A stretch of DNA of 64,000 nucleotides from an uncultured Desulfobacterales bacterium (GCA_964443135.1 CAYUBQ010000017.1:726-64725), one strand, 5' to 3'; positions 8,708-18,903 are shown, numbered from the stretch's first letter. Notes: generated by a model not told the origin, from the letters alone. Program-made: numbers and translations.

Positions 8708-9056
8708 GCCGGCCCGCCTCCGGGTCGAGGGTCTGGAACAGGCGCTCTCGCGGGCAACGGTCCGCTTCCGGCGGACCGCGGAACATGGGCCGAGGTCGAT
8801 CGGTAGATCGGCCCTCCCGCATAACAAACGGAACAGAGGAGCAAGGATCGTTCCACCCGGAAGGGTGAAAGGGAGAGAACGGTTCCGGGCTTCGAACGCC
8901 AGTGGGCTCGAAGGCTTACAGGGATGCATGAAAGGGTGCCTAGGGCAACAAAGAGTTCAGGCTTCGAGTCAAAATGGCGTACTCAAATGGCCATGTGAGG
9001 ATACAGGTCCTTCACAGCCCTGCGGATGGGCCGGCGCGCCATAATGGCGGCCTACG

Positions 9057-10490
9057 TCAGTTTGGCGTATAGGATTTGAGCCGTCGCTGGAGGGTGCGGA
9101 GACCGATTCCGAGGATCCGGGCGGCTCGCGTGCGGTTCCCGCCCGTGGCCTGGAGAACCGCCTCGATGTGGCGCTTTTCCACCTCCGAGAGGGGCAGGAG
9201 GTCCGAATCCCAGGCGGCAACGGACGGGCCGTCGCTCGAGGCCTCGGTCGCCAGCGATCCGGCCGTCAGGCGCCCGCCGCTTTCGACCAGGACCGCGGAC
9301 GCCACCAGGTTTTCCAGCTCGCGGACGTTGCCCGGAAACGCATAGGAATGGAGCCTCCCGGCCGCCTCGGCGTCCAGGCCCCGGATGATCTTTCCGGTTT
9401 TCGCCGCATGCTTGGAAAGGAAATGTCTGGCCAGCGGAAGGATGTCCCGTCTCCTTTCCCGCAGGGGCGGGATGTGGATGTGGCAGACATTGAGACGATA
9501 GTAGAGATCGCTTCGAAAACGGCCCCGGCGCACCTCTTCCTGGAGGTCCCGATTGGAGGCGGCGATGATCCTCACGTCCACCTTCTTGGCCCGGGTGCTG
9601 CCGAGCCGGTACAGCTCGCGCTCCTGGATGACGCGGAGGATGGCGCCCTGCAGCCCCGGATTCAGCTCGGTGATCTCGTCCAGGAACAGGGTCCCGCCGT
9701 TGGCCTCTTCGAAGAAGCCTTTCTTCTCTCCAACCGCCCCGGTGTAGGCCCCCTTGGAGTGGCCGAAGAGATCGTTCTCGAAGAGGGTCTGGCTGAGGGC
9801 CGGCATGCTGACGGGCGTGAACGGCCCCGAGGACCTCGGGCTGAGGCGGTGGATGATGTGCGCCAGCATGTCCTTCCCGACCCCGGTTTCCCCGGTAATG
9901 ACCAGGTTGTAGTCGTTGGCGGCGTAGGTTTCGGCCTCGTGGAACACCCGGGCCATGGAGGGGTCCTCGGAGATCATGTCGGAGAAGGCCTCGGGGCGGC
10001 CGAGCTCCGAGAACAGGGGACCCCTTTCGAGCATGCTCACCTTGTGGAGGAGATCGTGTCGCTGGAGGGCGTTCTGAACGGCGATGATCAGCTTCTCCCG
10101 CTTCAGGGGCTTGACGAGATAGTCGAACGCACCGTACTTCATGGCCTCCACGGCGGTGGGGGCGTCGTCCAGGGCGGTGATCACCAGGCATTCCACATCG
10201 GGATACTCGATCTTCATCCTGCGCAGAAGCTCGATGCCTCGGGTGTCGGGCAGGATCAGGTCGAGCAGGACCAGGTGGAAGGGGTGCTCCGAGAGGAGCT
10301 CCATGACCCGGTTTCCGTCGGAGACCAGGGCCGGTTCCGGCAGCCCGGCGCTTTCCAGGACGGCGCGGGTGCTCAGCAGGAGCCCCGGATCGTCGTCCAC
10401 GATCAGGATGGGGGTGTGGGCGTCCGGTACGGACTCCAGCCCCGCACCCGCCTCTCCGGCGGCGGCCGGCATGTCGGTCCTCGCGCTCAA
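9057..10490 (-). CDS. Sigma-54-dependent response regulator (NtrC/AtoC family)
   Basis: REC domain (ILIVDDDPGLL), AAA+ activator (GETGVGKDMLA, GAYTGA loop, LFLDEI) and a C-terminal Fis-type HTH (RTRAARILGIGLRTLQRRLK). Confidence 0.9.
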   Translation of the reverse strand: MSARTDMPAAAGEAGAGLESVPDAHTPILIVDDDPGLLLSTRAVLESAGLPEPALVSDGNRVMELLSEHPFHLVLLDLILPDTRGIELLRRMKIEYPDVECLVITALDDAPTAVEAMKYGAFDYLVKPLKREKLIIAVQNALQRHDLLHKVSMLERGPLFSELGRPEAFSDMISEDPSMARVFHEAETYAANDYNLVITGETGVGKDMLAHIIHRLSPRSSGPFTPVSMPALSQTLFENDLFGHSKGAYTGAVGEKKGFFEEANGGTLFLDEITELNPGLQGAILRVIQERELYRLGSTRAKKVDVRIIAASNRDLQEEVRRGRFRSDLYYRLNVCHIHIPPLRERRRDILPLARHFLSKHAAKTGKIIRGLDAEAAGRLHSYAFPGNVRELENLVASAVLVESGGRLTAGSLATEASSDGPSVAAWDSDLLPLSEVEKRHIEAVLQATGGNRTRAARILGIGLRTLQRRLKSYTPN

Positions 10491-11752
10491 CGGTCCCGTC
10501 TCTCCAGTCGGGGGAACGAGACGTGAAAGGTCGTGCCCTCGTCCCGGCGGGACTCGAACCGGATCTCCCCGTCGTGGGCCCTCACCAGGTCGTGGGTGAC
10601 CGAAAGCCCCAGGCCGGTCCCCCCCTCTTCCTGGCGGTCCGTGACGAACGGATCGAAGATCCGATCCGCAACGGCGTCGGGGACCCCCCGGCCGGAGTCC
10701 GAGACGGAGAGGAGCAGGCGGGTGCCGTCGATGCGGGTCCGGATCCGCACCTCTCCGGTCCGGCCCTCCATGGCCTGAAGGGCGTTGAGGAGAAGGTTCA
10801 GGACGATCTGCTCGAGGTTCCGGTCGTTCCCCTCCATCAGGGGCAGGGACTCGTCGAGATCCGCCCGGAGGCTCGTCCCCGCCTTGCGGAGCGTGGTCTG
10901 GGCGAGCCGCACCGCGTTTTGGACGGCCGAGTTCAGCTGGACCGGGGCCTTGTCCTTCGGGCTCGAGTTCCGGGAGAACTGCTTGAGGTCGGAGACGATC
11001 CTGGCGATGCGGTTTGCGGCCATGTCCATGTTGGCGAGGAGCTGCGGCATGTTCTCGTGGAGGAAATCGAAGGAGAGCCCGCCGTAGGTCTCCTGCGGGT
11101 GCTCGAGGGACCAGGTCCTCAAGGCGGGCTCGAGATCCTGCCAGACCCGCTGGAGCAGCGGCGTGTTGAACATGATCTGGTTGACGGGGTTGTTGATCTC
11201 GTGGGCCACGCCGGCCACGAGGAGGCCGAGCGCCTCCATCTTCTGGGACTGCAGGAGCGCCTCCCGGCTCTTGGTGAGCGCCTTCTCCGTCTCGAGCCGG
11301 TCGGTCACCTCCCTGAGCATCAGGATCAGTCCGTCCGGCCGGGCGTCCGCGCCTCGGACCGGCACCAGGGTCCAGTCCCAGTAGGTGGGGCCTTCGCCGG
11401 CCCCTTCCGCCCCTGCCGGCGGTTGGGCGAGGACGAACCGGGGCTCCCCCGAGGCCAGGGCCTCCCTGAGGGTCTCCAGGGTCCCCGGGGCCTCCGGGAA
11501 CGCGTCGAAACCCCGCCCCTTCATCTCCGCGGGACGCAGGCCGCGGAAGGCCGCGTACGGGCCGTTGACCCGAACGTAGTTCAGGTCCCGATCGAGAAGG
11601 GCGATCTGCTGGCCGGCGTTGTCGAGAATCGTTTCCAGGAGCCGGTTCGCGTCCTGGAGAAGGTCGCCGTCGCGCCGCTTCGTGAAGGAAATCGCCTCGG
11701 GCGGCCCGGCTTCTCTCCGCGCCGCCCTGTGCTTGTGCTCTCCCGTGCCCAT
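10487..11752 (-). CDS. Cytoplasmic PAS-domain sensor histidine kinase
   Basis: H-box GVAHEINNPVN, N-box LNLLLNALQAM, G-boxes DSGRGV and GTGLGLSV. Start chosen at MGTGEHK (11752) after AGAGGAAAG. Overlaps the downstream regulator by 4 nt. Confidence 0.85.
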   Translation of the reverse strand: MGTGEHKHRAARREAGPPEAISFTKRRDGDLLQDANRLLETILDNAGQQIALLDRDLNYVRVNGPYAAFRGLRPAEMKGRGFDAFPEAPGTLETLREALASGEPRFVLAQPPAGAEGAGEGPTYWDWTLVPVRGADARPDGLILMLREVTDRLETEKALTKSREALLQSQKMEALGLLVAGVAHEINNPVNQIMFNTPLLQRVWQDLEPALRTWSLEHPQETYGGLSFDFLHENMPQLLANMDMAANRIARIVSDLKQFSRNSSPKDKAPVQLNSAVQNAVRLAQTTLRKAGTSLRADLDESLPLMEGNDRNLEQIVLNLLLNALQAMEGRTGEVRIRTRIDGTRLLLSVSDSGRGVPDAVADRIFDPFVTDRQEEGGTGLGLSVTHDLVRAHDGEIRFESRRDEGTTFHVSFPRLERRDR

Positions 11753-12191
11753 CGACTTTCCTCTACGCTTCCTTTCGGGTCCGGTATCGAGGCTTTGCCC
11801 GGCTCCACAGCCTCTTCGACCGTCGGTGTCTGCCGGTTCCACCGGTTGCCGCGTCCCGCGTTCGGCGTTCCTGAAGATCCCCCCGAGCCGGACCGGGGGT
11901 CTGCGCGGTCCGCCGGGCGGACGGGTACGGAAAAGAGACGACGGCGGGTGCATGGAATCCAAATCGTCCGGCATGAACACGACTTGCCAAAACCCGGTTG
12001 TCTTCTCCGCGGTTGTGTCGAAGTGAAGATTCGACCCAGTAGTTACCACAAGAGAGCCCCAATGTCCATGGCGATTTGGCATGGGCACCGGGAAGGGACC
12101 CGCTGCGGCGCAAAGAAAGCACACAGGACGGGAAGGGCGGAGGGGTTCGTCGATTCGGGAAAAGGGCGGCGGGGTTCCGGGTACAGGGGGG

Positions 12192-13382
12192 TCAGAGCGC
12201 CGCCAGGGTGTCCGGGAACGAGTTCAGCCGCTCCATACCCCCGGGTTCGACGACGAACGTGTTCTCCACGCCCACCACGCCTTCCCCCGGGAACACCACC
12301 TTGGGCTCGAGGGCCAGGGTCATGCCCTCCTGGAGGGAGAAGTCGGCCCGGCGGGTGATGACGGGCCATTCGTCCAGCTCCAGTCCCAGGCCGTGCCCCA
12401 CGAAAGGGACGGGACGGGGAAATCCCATGAACCCCTCGACGAGACCGGCCCGCTCCACGATACGGAGGGCCCGGTCGTAGAGATCGCCGGCCCGGACGCC
12501 GGGCCGTCCGGCCCCGGCGAGCTCGTTCTGGACCTCCACCATGACCGCGTAGGCCCGCTCCATCTTTGCGGGGAGGGGACCGATGGAGAAGACCCGCGCC
12601 TGATCGGAAAGGTATCCGTCCGCGCAGGCGGTGTAGTCCACCATGACGGGCTGTCCGGGAAGGATGGGGGTCCATCCGGCGCCCTGGCTGAACCAGGGCC
12701 CCAGGCCGGCGCCCCCCGTGGGACCCACCGTACCGCTGGGTTCGGCGCCGCCGGGGCCGGCCATGATGTGACCGTAGATGCTCTCCATGTTGAAGGCCCG
12801 GGTCCGGGACAAGCCGGGGTGCCCGTGCCTCCGGTAGAACGCCTCGGAGCGGATCGCCAGCTCGGTCTCGTTCGCGGACTCCCGAATGAACGCCGGAATC
12901 CTCTCGTAGAGCCGGTCGGCGATCCGGGCCGCCGCACGCATGCGGGAGAGCTCGTACCCGGACTTGATCATCCGGAGGTTCCGCACCATGGGCGAGGCGT
13001 CCAGAAGCTCCGCCTCGGGCAGCAGGCGTCCGTACTGCAGATAGAGCGCCGCGGGGATCACGTCCAGCTCGAGACCGACGCGCCGGGGTGGTCCCTGCGA
13101 AACCTCCTCCATCCGTTCCGGGAGCTCCCGAAGGCTCTCCAGGGGGACGATCCGATCGATCCGCGCGTCCCGCCGGGCCCGCTCCAGGCTCTTGCGCACC
13201 AGGAGAAGCGGCTCGCCGGAGACCGGCACCCAGAGGTGGGCGTCCTGGTCGGTTCCAGTGAAGTAGTACAGGTCCACCTTCTGGACCAGGAGCGCGCCGT
13301 CGGCTCCCTGCGCGGCGAGGGCGTCCCGGAGACGGGAGATCCGCCCCTGGATTTCCTCCCGGTCGGGAAGAACGGGATTCAT
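12192..13382 (-). CDS. M24-family Xaa-Pro aminopeptidase/creatinase-like peptidase
   Basis: N-terminal creatinase-like domain, then the M24 pita-bread core (VMVDYTACADGYLSDQARVF, HGLGLELDEWP, EPGGMERL). Start at MNPVLPD. Confidence 0.85.
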   Translation of the reverse strand: MNPVLPDREEIQGRISRLRDALAAQGADGALLVQKVDLYYFTGTDQDAHLWVPVSGEPLLLVRKSLERARRDARIDRIVPLESLRELPERMEEVSQGPPRRVGLELDVIPAALYLQYGRLLPEAELLDASPMVRNLRMIKSGYELSRMRAAARIADRLYERIPAFIRESANETELAIRSEAFYRRHGHPGLSRTRAFNMESIYGHIMAGPGGAEPSGTVGPTGGAGLGPWFSQGAGWTPILPGQPVMVDYTACADGYLSDQARVFSIGPLPAKMERAYAVMVEVQNELAGAGRPGVRAGDLYDRALRIVERAGLVEGFMGFPRPVPFVGHGLGLELDEWPVITRRADFSLQEGMTLALEPKVVFPGEGVVGVENTFVVEPGGMERLNSFPDTLAAL

Positions 13383-13582
13383 GCCATCGGGCTCCTTTTC
13401 CGGCCAAGCGGTTCGTGAGGGTCTCGGCGGTGCGGCTCCCGCGAGGCCGTCATTCTTATGTCCCGGGATCGTTCTGTCAAACCCTTTCTTCCCCGGCCTG
13501 GACCTCCCTTGACTTCGGGCGAAAAAACCCCTATGGGACAGGGGAGCGCCGCTGTCGCCGGAAAAGAGAGGACTGAGCCGAG

Positions 13583-14494
13583 ATGAACGATCTGCACGCA
13601 AGGATTCGAAAGCTCGTGGAGGAGCGGAACGCCGTCATCCTCGCGCACAACTACCAGGTCCCGGAGGTCCAGGACGTGGCCGACATGTGCGGGGACTCCC
13701 TCGAGCTCTCCATGAGGGCCGCCCGGACCGAGGCCGACGTGATCCTCTTCTGCGGGGTGAGGTTCATGGCGGAGACCGCCGCCGTCCTCTCCCCGGACAA
13801 GACGGTGATCCTGGCCGCGGAACAGGCGGGATGCCCCATGGCCGATATGATCAACGAGGAGGACGTGCGGCGCAGGAGGGCGGATCGGCCGGATCTCTTC
13901 GTGCTCAGCTACGTGAACACCACCGCCGAGGTGAAGGCGGAGAGCGACATGTGCTGCACCTCGGCCAACGCCGTACAGGTGGTGAGGAGCATCGATCCCG
14001 AACGGCGGATCTTCATGACCCCGGACCGCAACCTGGCCCGGTACACCATCCGAGCAACCGGCCGGGAGATGGACTACTGGGACGGGTACTGCATCGTTCA
14101 CCACAGGCTGACCGCCGATCGCGTGAAGGCGGTCAAGGCGGAACACCCGGACGGCCTGTTCGTGGCCCACCCCGAGTGTCGCCCCGAGGTCATCGACCTG
14201 GCGGATGCCGTTCACAGCACCTCGGGCATGATCGCCCTGGCCCGCGAGTCCGATCACCGAAAGTTCATCATCGGGACCGAGACCGGGCTCCTCTATCCCC
14301 TTTCCAAGGCCGCTCCCGACAAGGAGTTCGTCCCCGCCGACCCCGGCATGGTCTGCAAGAACATGAAAAAGACCGGGCTTCCCGAGGTCCTGAGCGCCCT
14401 GGAGCGGCTCTCCCCCGTCGTGTCCGTGGCCGAGGAGGTCCGGGTCCGGGCCAGGCGGGCCGTGGACCGCATGCTGGCCGTCCCCCGGGAGTGA
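13583..14494 (+). CDS. nadA: Quinolinate synthase
   Basis: VILAHNYQVPEVQDVAD..GDSLELS, VRFMAETA, SYVNTTAEVKA, CTSANA are typical NadA motifs. Confidence 0.95.
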   Translation: MNDLHARIRKLVEERNAVILAHNYQVPEVQDVADMCGDSLELSMRAARTEADVILFCGVRFMAETAAVLSPDKTVILAAEQAGCPMADMINEEDVRRRRADRPDLFVLSYVNTTAEVKAESDMCCTSANAVQVVRSIDPERRIFMTPDRNLARYTIRATGREMDYWDGYCIVHHRLTADRVKAVKAEHPDGLFVAHPECRPEVIDLADAVHSTSGMIALARESDHRKFIIGTETGLLYPLSKAAPDKEFVPADPGMVCKNMKKTGLPEVLSALERLSPVVSVAEEVRVRARRAVDRMLAVPRE

Positions 14495-14514
14495 AGGGGT
14501 GAGCGCGAATCCCC

Positions 14515-16149
14515 ATGCCTGACAGCCCCCGGGAAATCAAGGCCACCGTGGAGACCCTCCGGAAGCTGTTCATCATGCCGGACTCGCCGGACAAGTTCGT
14601 CGAGTTCGGGAACGAGCTCCTGGAGATGATCCACGACTTCTTCCGCGAGAAGGGGGGAATCCACAGCAGCGTCTCCCTGCCCGAGCTGAGCCGGATCTTC
14701 AGCCGGACCGCCGTTCCCGGCCACCCCATGCTCATCAAGGACGTCCTGGCGGAGATCAAGGACGAGGTCATCGCCCACTCCGTGAAGGTGGGGAACCCCT
14801 ACTACATCGGCCACATGATCAGTCCCGTGCCCTACTTCATGATCCTGCTCGAGATGATCATCGCCGCCCTCAACCAGAACCAGGTGAAGATCGAGACCGC
14901 CAAGGCCTCCAGCTTCGTGGAGCGGGAGCTCGTCACCTGGTTTCACCGGCTCGTGTTCGGCCGCACCGACCGCTTCTACGAGAAGAACGTGCAGAACCCC
15001 CGGGTGAGCCTGGGAAACGTGACCTCCGACGGGACCCTGGCCAACTTCACCGCCCTGGCCGTGGCCCGGGAAAAGGCCTTTCCGGCCGAGGGCGGCTTCG
15101 GCGGGGTCCGAAAGGAGGGCATGGCGCGGGCCCTCGCGCACCACCGGTGCCGCCGCGGCGTGATCCTGGTGTCGGCCCGCGGGCACTACTCCATCGCCAA
15201 GGCGGCCAACCTGCTGGGCCTGGGATCGGACAACGTGCTGAGCGTGCCCGTGGACCCGGACAACCGCATGGACCCGGCCAAGCTGAGACGCCGGGTGCGA
15301 TCCCTGGGAACGGACGAGCGGGTCGTCGCCGTCGTGGGGGTGGCCGGCACCACGGAGACCGGGAACATCGACGACCTGGAGGCGGTGGCGGAGATCGGGC
15401 GGGAGGCCGGAGCTCACGTGCACGTGGACGCCTGCTGGGGAGGAAGCGTGCTGCTCGTGGACGACTACCGGCCCCTCTTCCGGGGCGTCGAGCGGGCCGA
15501 CTCCGTGTCCATCGACGCCCACAAGCTCCTCTACTGCCCCATGGCCATGGGCATGGTCCTGTTCCGGAGCGAGCGGGACCTGAACCTCCTGAAGCACACC
15601 TCCAACTACATCATCCGCCGGAACTCCGTGGACACGGGGCGGTTCACGATCGAGGGCTCCCGCCCCTTCTCGGCGCTCAAGCCCTGGGCCTCCCTGAAGA
15701 TCCTCGGACGGCAGGGGTACCGGCTCCTGTTCGAGAGCGCCCGCAGGAACACGGAGACCCTCCGGGACCTCCTGGAGCGGGACGGAAACTTCGAGGTCAC
15801 CAACCGTCCGGAGCTCTTCATCCTGAACTACCGGTTCGTGCCCGGGACGGTGCAGGCGTTCCTGCCCGGGGCGGAGGCCGACACCCGGAAGGTCAACCGC
15901 CTGGTGAACGCCCTCAACGTCAAGCTCCACAAGGCGCTTCGAAGGGACGACACCACGTTCGTCTCCCGCACCACGCTGGAGTCCACGCGGTACCGGCCCC
16001 AGCGGATCGTGGTCCTGCGGGCCGTTCTCTCCAACCCCTTGACCGACCGGGGCGTGCTCGAGGAGATCGTCAGGACCCAGGCCCGGATCGGGCTCGAGAT
16101 CTGGCGGGAGTTCGAGCCCGCCTTCCGCAGAACTGTAATGGCGTCGTAA
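14515..16149 (+). CDS. Group II PLP-dependent decarboxylase
   Basis: 544 aa. PLP-lysine motif SIDAHKLLYCPMAMGMVLF and GNVTSDGTLANFTAL. The stop codon TAA (16147-16149) lies inside repeat copy D. Confidence 0.85.
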   Translation: MPDSPREIKATVETLRKLFIMPDSPDKFVEFGNELLEMIHDFFREKGGIHSSVSLPELSRIFSRTAVPGHPMLIKDVLAEIKDEVIAHSVKVGNPYYIGHMISPVPYFMILLEMIIAALNQNQVKIETAKASSFVERELVTWFHRLVFGRTDRFYEKNVQNPRVSLGNVTSDGTLANFTALAVAREKAFPAEGGFGGVRKEGMARALAHHRCRRGVILVSARGHYSIAKAANLLGLGSDNVLSVPVDPDNRMDPAKLRRRVRSLGTDERVVAVVGVAGTTETGNIDDLEAVAEIGREAGAHVHVDACWGGSVLLVDDYRPLFRGVERADSVSIDAHKLLYCPMAMGMVLFRSERDLNLLKHTSNYIIRRNSVDTGRFTIEGSRPFSALKPWASLKILGRQGYRLLFESARRNTETLRDLLERDGNFEVTNRPELFILNYRFVPGTVQAFLPGAEADTRKVNRLVNALNVKLHKALRRDDTTFVSRTTLESTRYRPQRIVVLRAVLSNPLTDRGVLEEIVRTQARIGLEIWREFEPAFRRTVMAS

Positions 16150-16240
16150 AAAGCCCCGAGCCTCGGGATCCGCCCCTGGGATTTCAACAGGTGATACCGC
16201 TGCCGGCGGCGCGTGAGCGGGTTCTGCGAATGCGTCAACC
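16137..16240 (-). repeat. Structured interspersed element, copy D (full length)
   Basis: Minus-strand reading GGTTGACGCATTCGCAGAACCCGCTCACGCGCCGCCGGCAGCGGTATCACCTGTTGAAATCCCAGGGGCGGATCCCGAGGCTCGGGGCTTTTTACGACGCCATT. Sits between convergent genes. Confidence 0.85.
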
Positions 16241-16251
16241 GCGGGGAGAGG

Positions 16252-17010
16252 TCAGCCGTCCCGGTCCCGCTTCTGGAGCTCCTCCAGCCGGCCGGTGTAC
16301 CAGTCGATCTGGCGGCAGACCCCCCGGATCACCCGCACCTCCCGGGCCCGGAGGGGCAGGCGGGAGAGGAACCGCCGGATGTTGAGCATCCAGTGCTCCG
16401 GGTTCTGGGGGTCCAGAAAGCCGATCTTCTGGAGGACGTCCCGGAGGTGGTCGTACATGCCCTCGAGCTCGAACCGGTCGGCAAGGCGGGGAACCGTCTT
16501 CGTGCCGGGCTCACGGCTCGCGAGGGAGATCTCGTAGCAGAAGACCAGGACCGCCTGGGCCAGGTTGAGCGAGGAAAACCCGGCCGACGGGATGGTGGCG
16601 ATGGTGTGGCAGTACCGCAGGTGCTCGTTGCTCAACCCCCGGTCCTCGGGGCCGAAGAGCAGGGCGACCCGGTTCTCCCGGGTGAGCGCGATCAGGTCGG
16701 ATGCGAGCTCCCGGGGGCTGGTGAGGGCGGGGCGGTTGGACCCGATGCGGGCGGTGGTCCCCACCACCCAGCCGTAGGGGCCGATGGCGGGCAGGAGCTC
16801 GTCGTGGACCTCCATCGCCTCCACCAGATCGATGGAGGGCCCGGTGGCCGTCTTGAGCACCCGGCTCAGGTCGCAGTTCCCGGGCCGGACCAGCGAGAGC
16901 CGCCGGATGCCCATGTTGGACATGGCGCGCGCCGCAGCCCCGATGTTCTCGGGGATCTGAGGCTCCACCAGGACGATGCCGATGTGATCGAGTAGGAGGT
17001 TGTCGGTCAT
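16252..17010 (-). CDS. trmJ: SpoU/TrmH-class tRNA 2'-O-methyltransferase
   Basis: IGIVLVEPQIPENIGAAARAMSNMG, LLFGPEDRGLSNE, IPSAGFSSLNLAQAV. Start at MTDNLLL (17010). Confidence 0.8.
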   Translation of the reverse strand: MTDNLLLDHIGIVLVEPQIPENIGAAARAMSNMGIRRLSLVRPGNCDLSRVLKTATGPSIDLVEAMEVHDELLPAIGPYGWVVGTTARIGSNRPALTSPRELASDLIALTRENRVALLFGPEDRGLSNEHLRYCHTIATIPSAGFSSLNLAQAVLVFCYEISLASREPGTKTVPRLADRFELEGMYDHLRDVLQKIGFLDPQNPEHWMLNIRRFLSRLPLRAREVRVIRGVCRQIDWYTGRLEELQKRDRDG

Positions 17011-17163
17011 CAACGAGCTCCTGAAGAGGGTTGTGCATCTCCGGTCACCTTCGCAGGCATCATAGGTCAAACGGGACGCCCCTTCAAGTCGTGTGCATGC
17101 CCCTCTTCTTCTCAACGCTTCCGGGATTCACCGTCGCTCTGGTCGTCCTGCCGCTCCCCGGGC

Positions 17164-17211
17164 GATTGCGCTGCCGGTGGCGCGTGAGCGGCTTCTTTCG
17201 AATGCCTCAAA
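17164..17211 (-). repeat. Structured interspersed element, 5'-arm fragment (copy H)
   Basis: Minus-strand reading TTTTGAGGCATTCGAAAGAAGCCGCTCACGCGCCACCGGCAGCGCAATC matches the first ~48 nt of copy D and then diverges. Confidence 0.6.
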
Positions 17212-17253
17212 ATTGTCCTTTCCAATCGGGCCGACTTCGGCTAAGTTATCCCT

Positions 17254-18537
17254 GTGAATAGTGACAACTTGAAATACGTCCTTCGCCAGTTCGCCGAGCG
17301 AAGCCTCCCCCCATGCCGTCCCCGGACTCTGGTGCTGCCCGTTGATACGGGCAAGGTGATCGGCCTGGCCGGGGTTCGGCGTTCGGGGAAGACCTTTCTC
17401 TTTTTCGATACCATCCGGCGACTGGAAGAGCAGGGCGTGGACCGACGCTCTGTGGTGTACCTCAATTTCGAGGACGACAGACTGCACCCGCTTCGCTCCG
17501 AGGAGCTGGACCTGATCCTTCGTTGTCTCGAGGAGCTGTTTCCAGAGGTGATGGGCCGGCGTGTCTACCTGTTTCTCGACGAGGTGCAGAATGTGCCGGG
17601 CTGGGAGCGCTGGGTTCGGCGGATCCACGACACCGAGGATGCCGCCGTTTTTGTGACCGGTTCTTCTTCGAAGATGCTCTTTCGGGACTTGGCCACGGCA
17701 CTTCGGGGGCGGAGCATCACCTTCGAGGTGTTTCCCCTCAGCTTCCGCGAGTCCCTGGACTTTCGAGGCATCGAAACCGTGCCATACAGTGCGGAGAACG
17801 AAAGCCTGCTGCGCCGGGCCCTGGAGGAGTACCTCGCATGGGGAGGGTTTCCCGAGATCGTGCTGGCCGAGGAGACCCTGCGCCCGCACATCCTCACGGA
17901 ATATGCCTCTCTCATGTTCTACCGGGACGTGGTGGAGCGGTATGGAGTGCGCAATGAGCCACTCATGCGCGGGCTCCTCAGGCATGCCTTCCGCAACACC
18001 GCCACCCTGATCAATGTGAGCAAGCTCCACCGTGATTTTCGTTCTCAGGGGTTCAGCATCTCCAAAAACACGCTGTTCGAGTACCTCGGGTACCTGGAGG
18101 ATGCCTTTCTCGTTTTTCCCATTCCCCGGCTCGCACAGTCACTGCGCAAGCAGGCCCACAACCCGAAGAAGCTGCATGTCATCGACCCGGGCTTGGTGTC
18201 CGCATTCAAGGCGCGCACGGGGCCGGATTCCGGACGGCGGCTCGAAACGGCCGTGTTCCTGGAGATGCGCCGTGCTCACAAGGAGCTTTTCTATCATGCC
18301 GATGGAGGCGAGATTGACCTCTGCGACGGGGAAGGCACGGTGTTCGTCAATGTCTGCTGGAGCCTGGCCGAACTCGAGACCCGGCAGAGAGAGGCCAGGC
18401 AGATGGCCCTGGGACGAAGCCTGTGGCCCCAGGCCGATGGACGCCTGGTGTTTCACGAATATGCCCCCGAGCCCCCGGATCACGGCATCCCGGGCGCCCA
18501 GCCGGCATGGCGGTTCCTGACCACTGACCCCCTTTGA
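17254..18537 (+). CDS. COG1373-type AAA ATPase with DUF4143-like C-terminal domain (paralog 1)
   Basis: GTG start. Walker A GVRRSGKT, Walker B LFLDEVQ. In the C-terminal region the EID..VNVC segment aligns with the EVD..EIK of paralog 2. Confidence 0.8.
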   Translation: MNSDNLKYVLRQFAERSLPPCRPRTLVLPVDTGKVIGLAGVRRSGKTFLFFDTIRRLEEQGVDRRSVVYLNFEDDRLHPLRSEELDLILRCLEELFPEVMGRRVYLFLDEVQNVPGWERWVRRIHDTEDAAVFVTGSSSKMLFRDLATALRGRSITFEVFPLSFRESLDFRGIETVPYSAENESLLRRALEEYLAWGGFPEIVLAEETLRPHILTEYASLMFYRDVVERYGVRNEPLMRGLLRHAFRNTATLINVSKLHRDFRSQGFSISKNTLFEYLGYLEDAFLVFPIPRLAQSLRKQAHNPKKLHVIDPGLVSAFKARTGPDSGRRLETAVFLEMRRAHKELFYHADGGEIDLCDGEGTVFVNVCWSLAELETRQREARQMALGRSLWPQADGRLVFHEYAPEPPDHGIPGAQPAWRFLTTDPL

Positions 18538-18726
18538 GGATCGCTTCATTTCAATGCGGCGACCTTCAAGACGGGCCGAAGTGGTCAAAATAGATACAGC
18601 CCTTGCGGTCATTCTCTCCTTGCGCTTGCGCGAGGAGGTCGGCCCGCGTTCATCGACGGAGTTCGGGGAAAGATTTTTTCGACTGAACATGGTGTAAAAT
18701 TTGCCACGAAACGGTCAATGATCAAC

Positions 18727-18840
18727 CCTCCATCTTCTCCAGAAGATCGAAAGAGGGGCCGGTGGCCGTCTCGAAGACCCGTCTCTCAGACCGCAGTTCC
18801 TGGGCCGGACCAGGGAGAGTCGAAGTTGTGCGCGCACGCC
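18727..18840 (-). pseudogene. Displaced fragment of the trmJ 5' region
   Basis: The nucleotide run ggccggtggccgtct..cagttcc.gggccggaccag.gagag parallels 16809-16935. It translates to ..VFETATGPSFDLLEKMEG, against trmJ ..VLKTATGPSIDLVEAMEV. Confidence 0.6.
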
Positions 18841-18874
18841 TTTCCGCGGAGGGGCTCCGAAGCGGCAAAAGCGT

Positions 18875-18903
18875 TTGACAATCCCATGGGCGGTCGATAG
18901 AAT
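18875..18903 (+). promoter_or_regulatory. Sigma-70-like promoter upstream of the lipoprotein operon
   Basis: TTGACA (18875-18880), 17-nt spacer, TAGAAT (18898-18903). Confidence 0.5.

Noticed and set aside
13383-13582. A possible NAD-type riboswitch or other leader upstream of nadA.
   Set aside because: I could see only a plausible promoter (TTGACT..TATGGG). I saw no conserved riboswitch core, and cannot support the call without a covariance-model search.
16093-16103. An 11-nt element core, CTCGAGATCTG, inside the decarboxylase 3' coding region, ~35 nt from copy D.
   Set aside because: No similarity to the element arms surrounds it. It may be an ancient remnant or chance, and the evidence is not enough to call a copy.
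18560-18700. The N-terminal part of minus-strand ORF 18139..18690 (MFSRKNLSPNSVDERGPTSSRKRKERMTARAV..) as a small antitoxin-like gene downstream of ATPase 1.
   Set aside because: Most of this ORF is antisense to the ATPase gene. The free ~50 codons have no RBS or recognisable fold.
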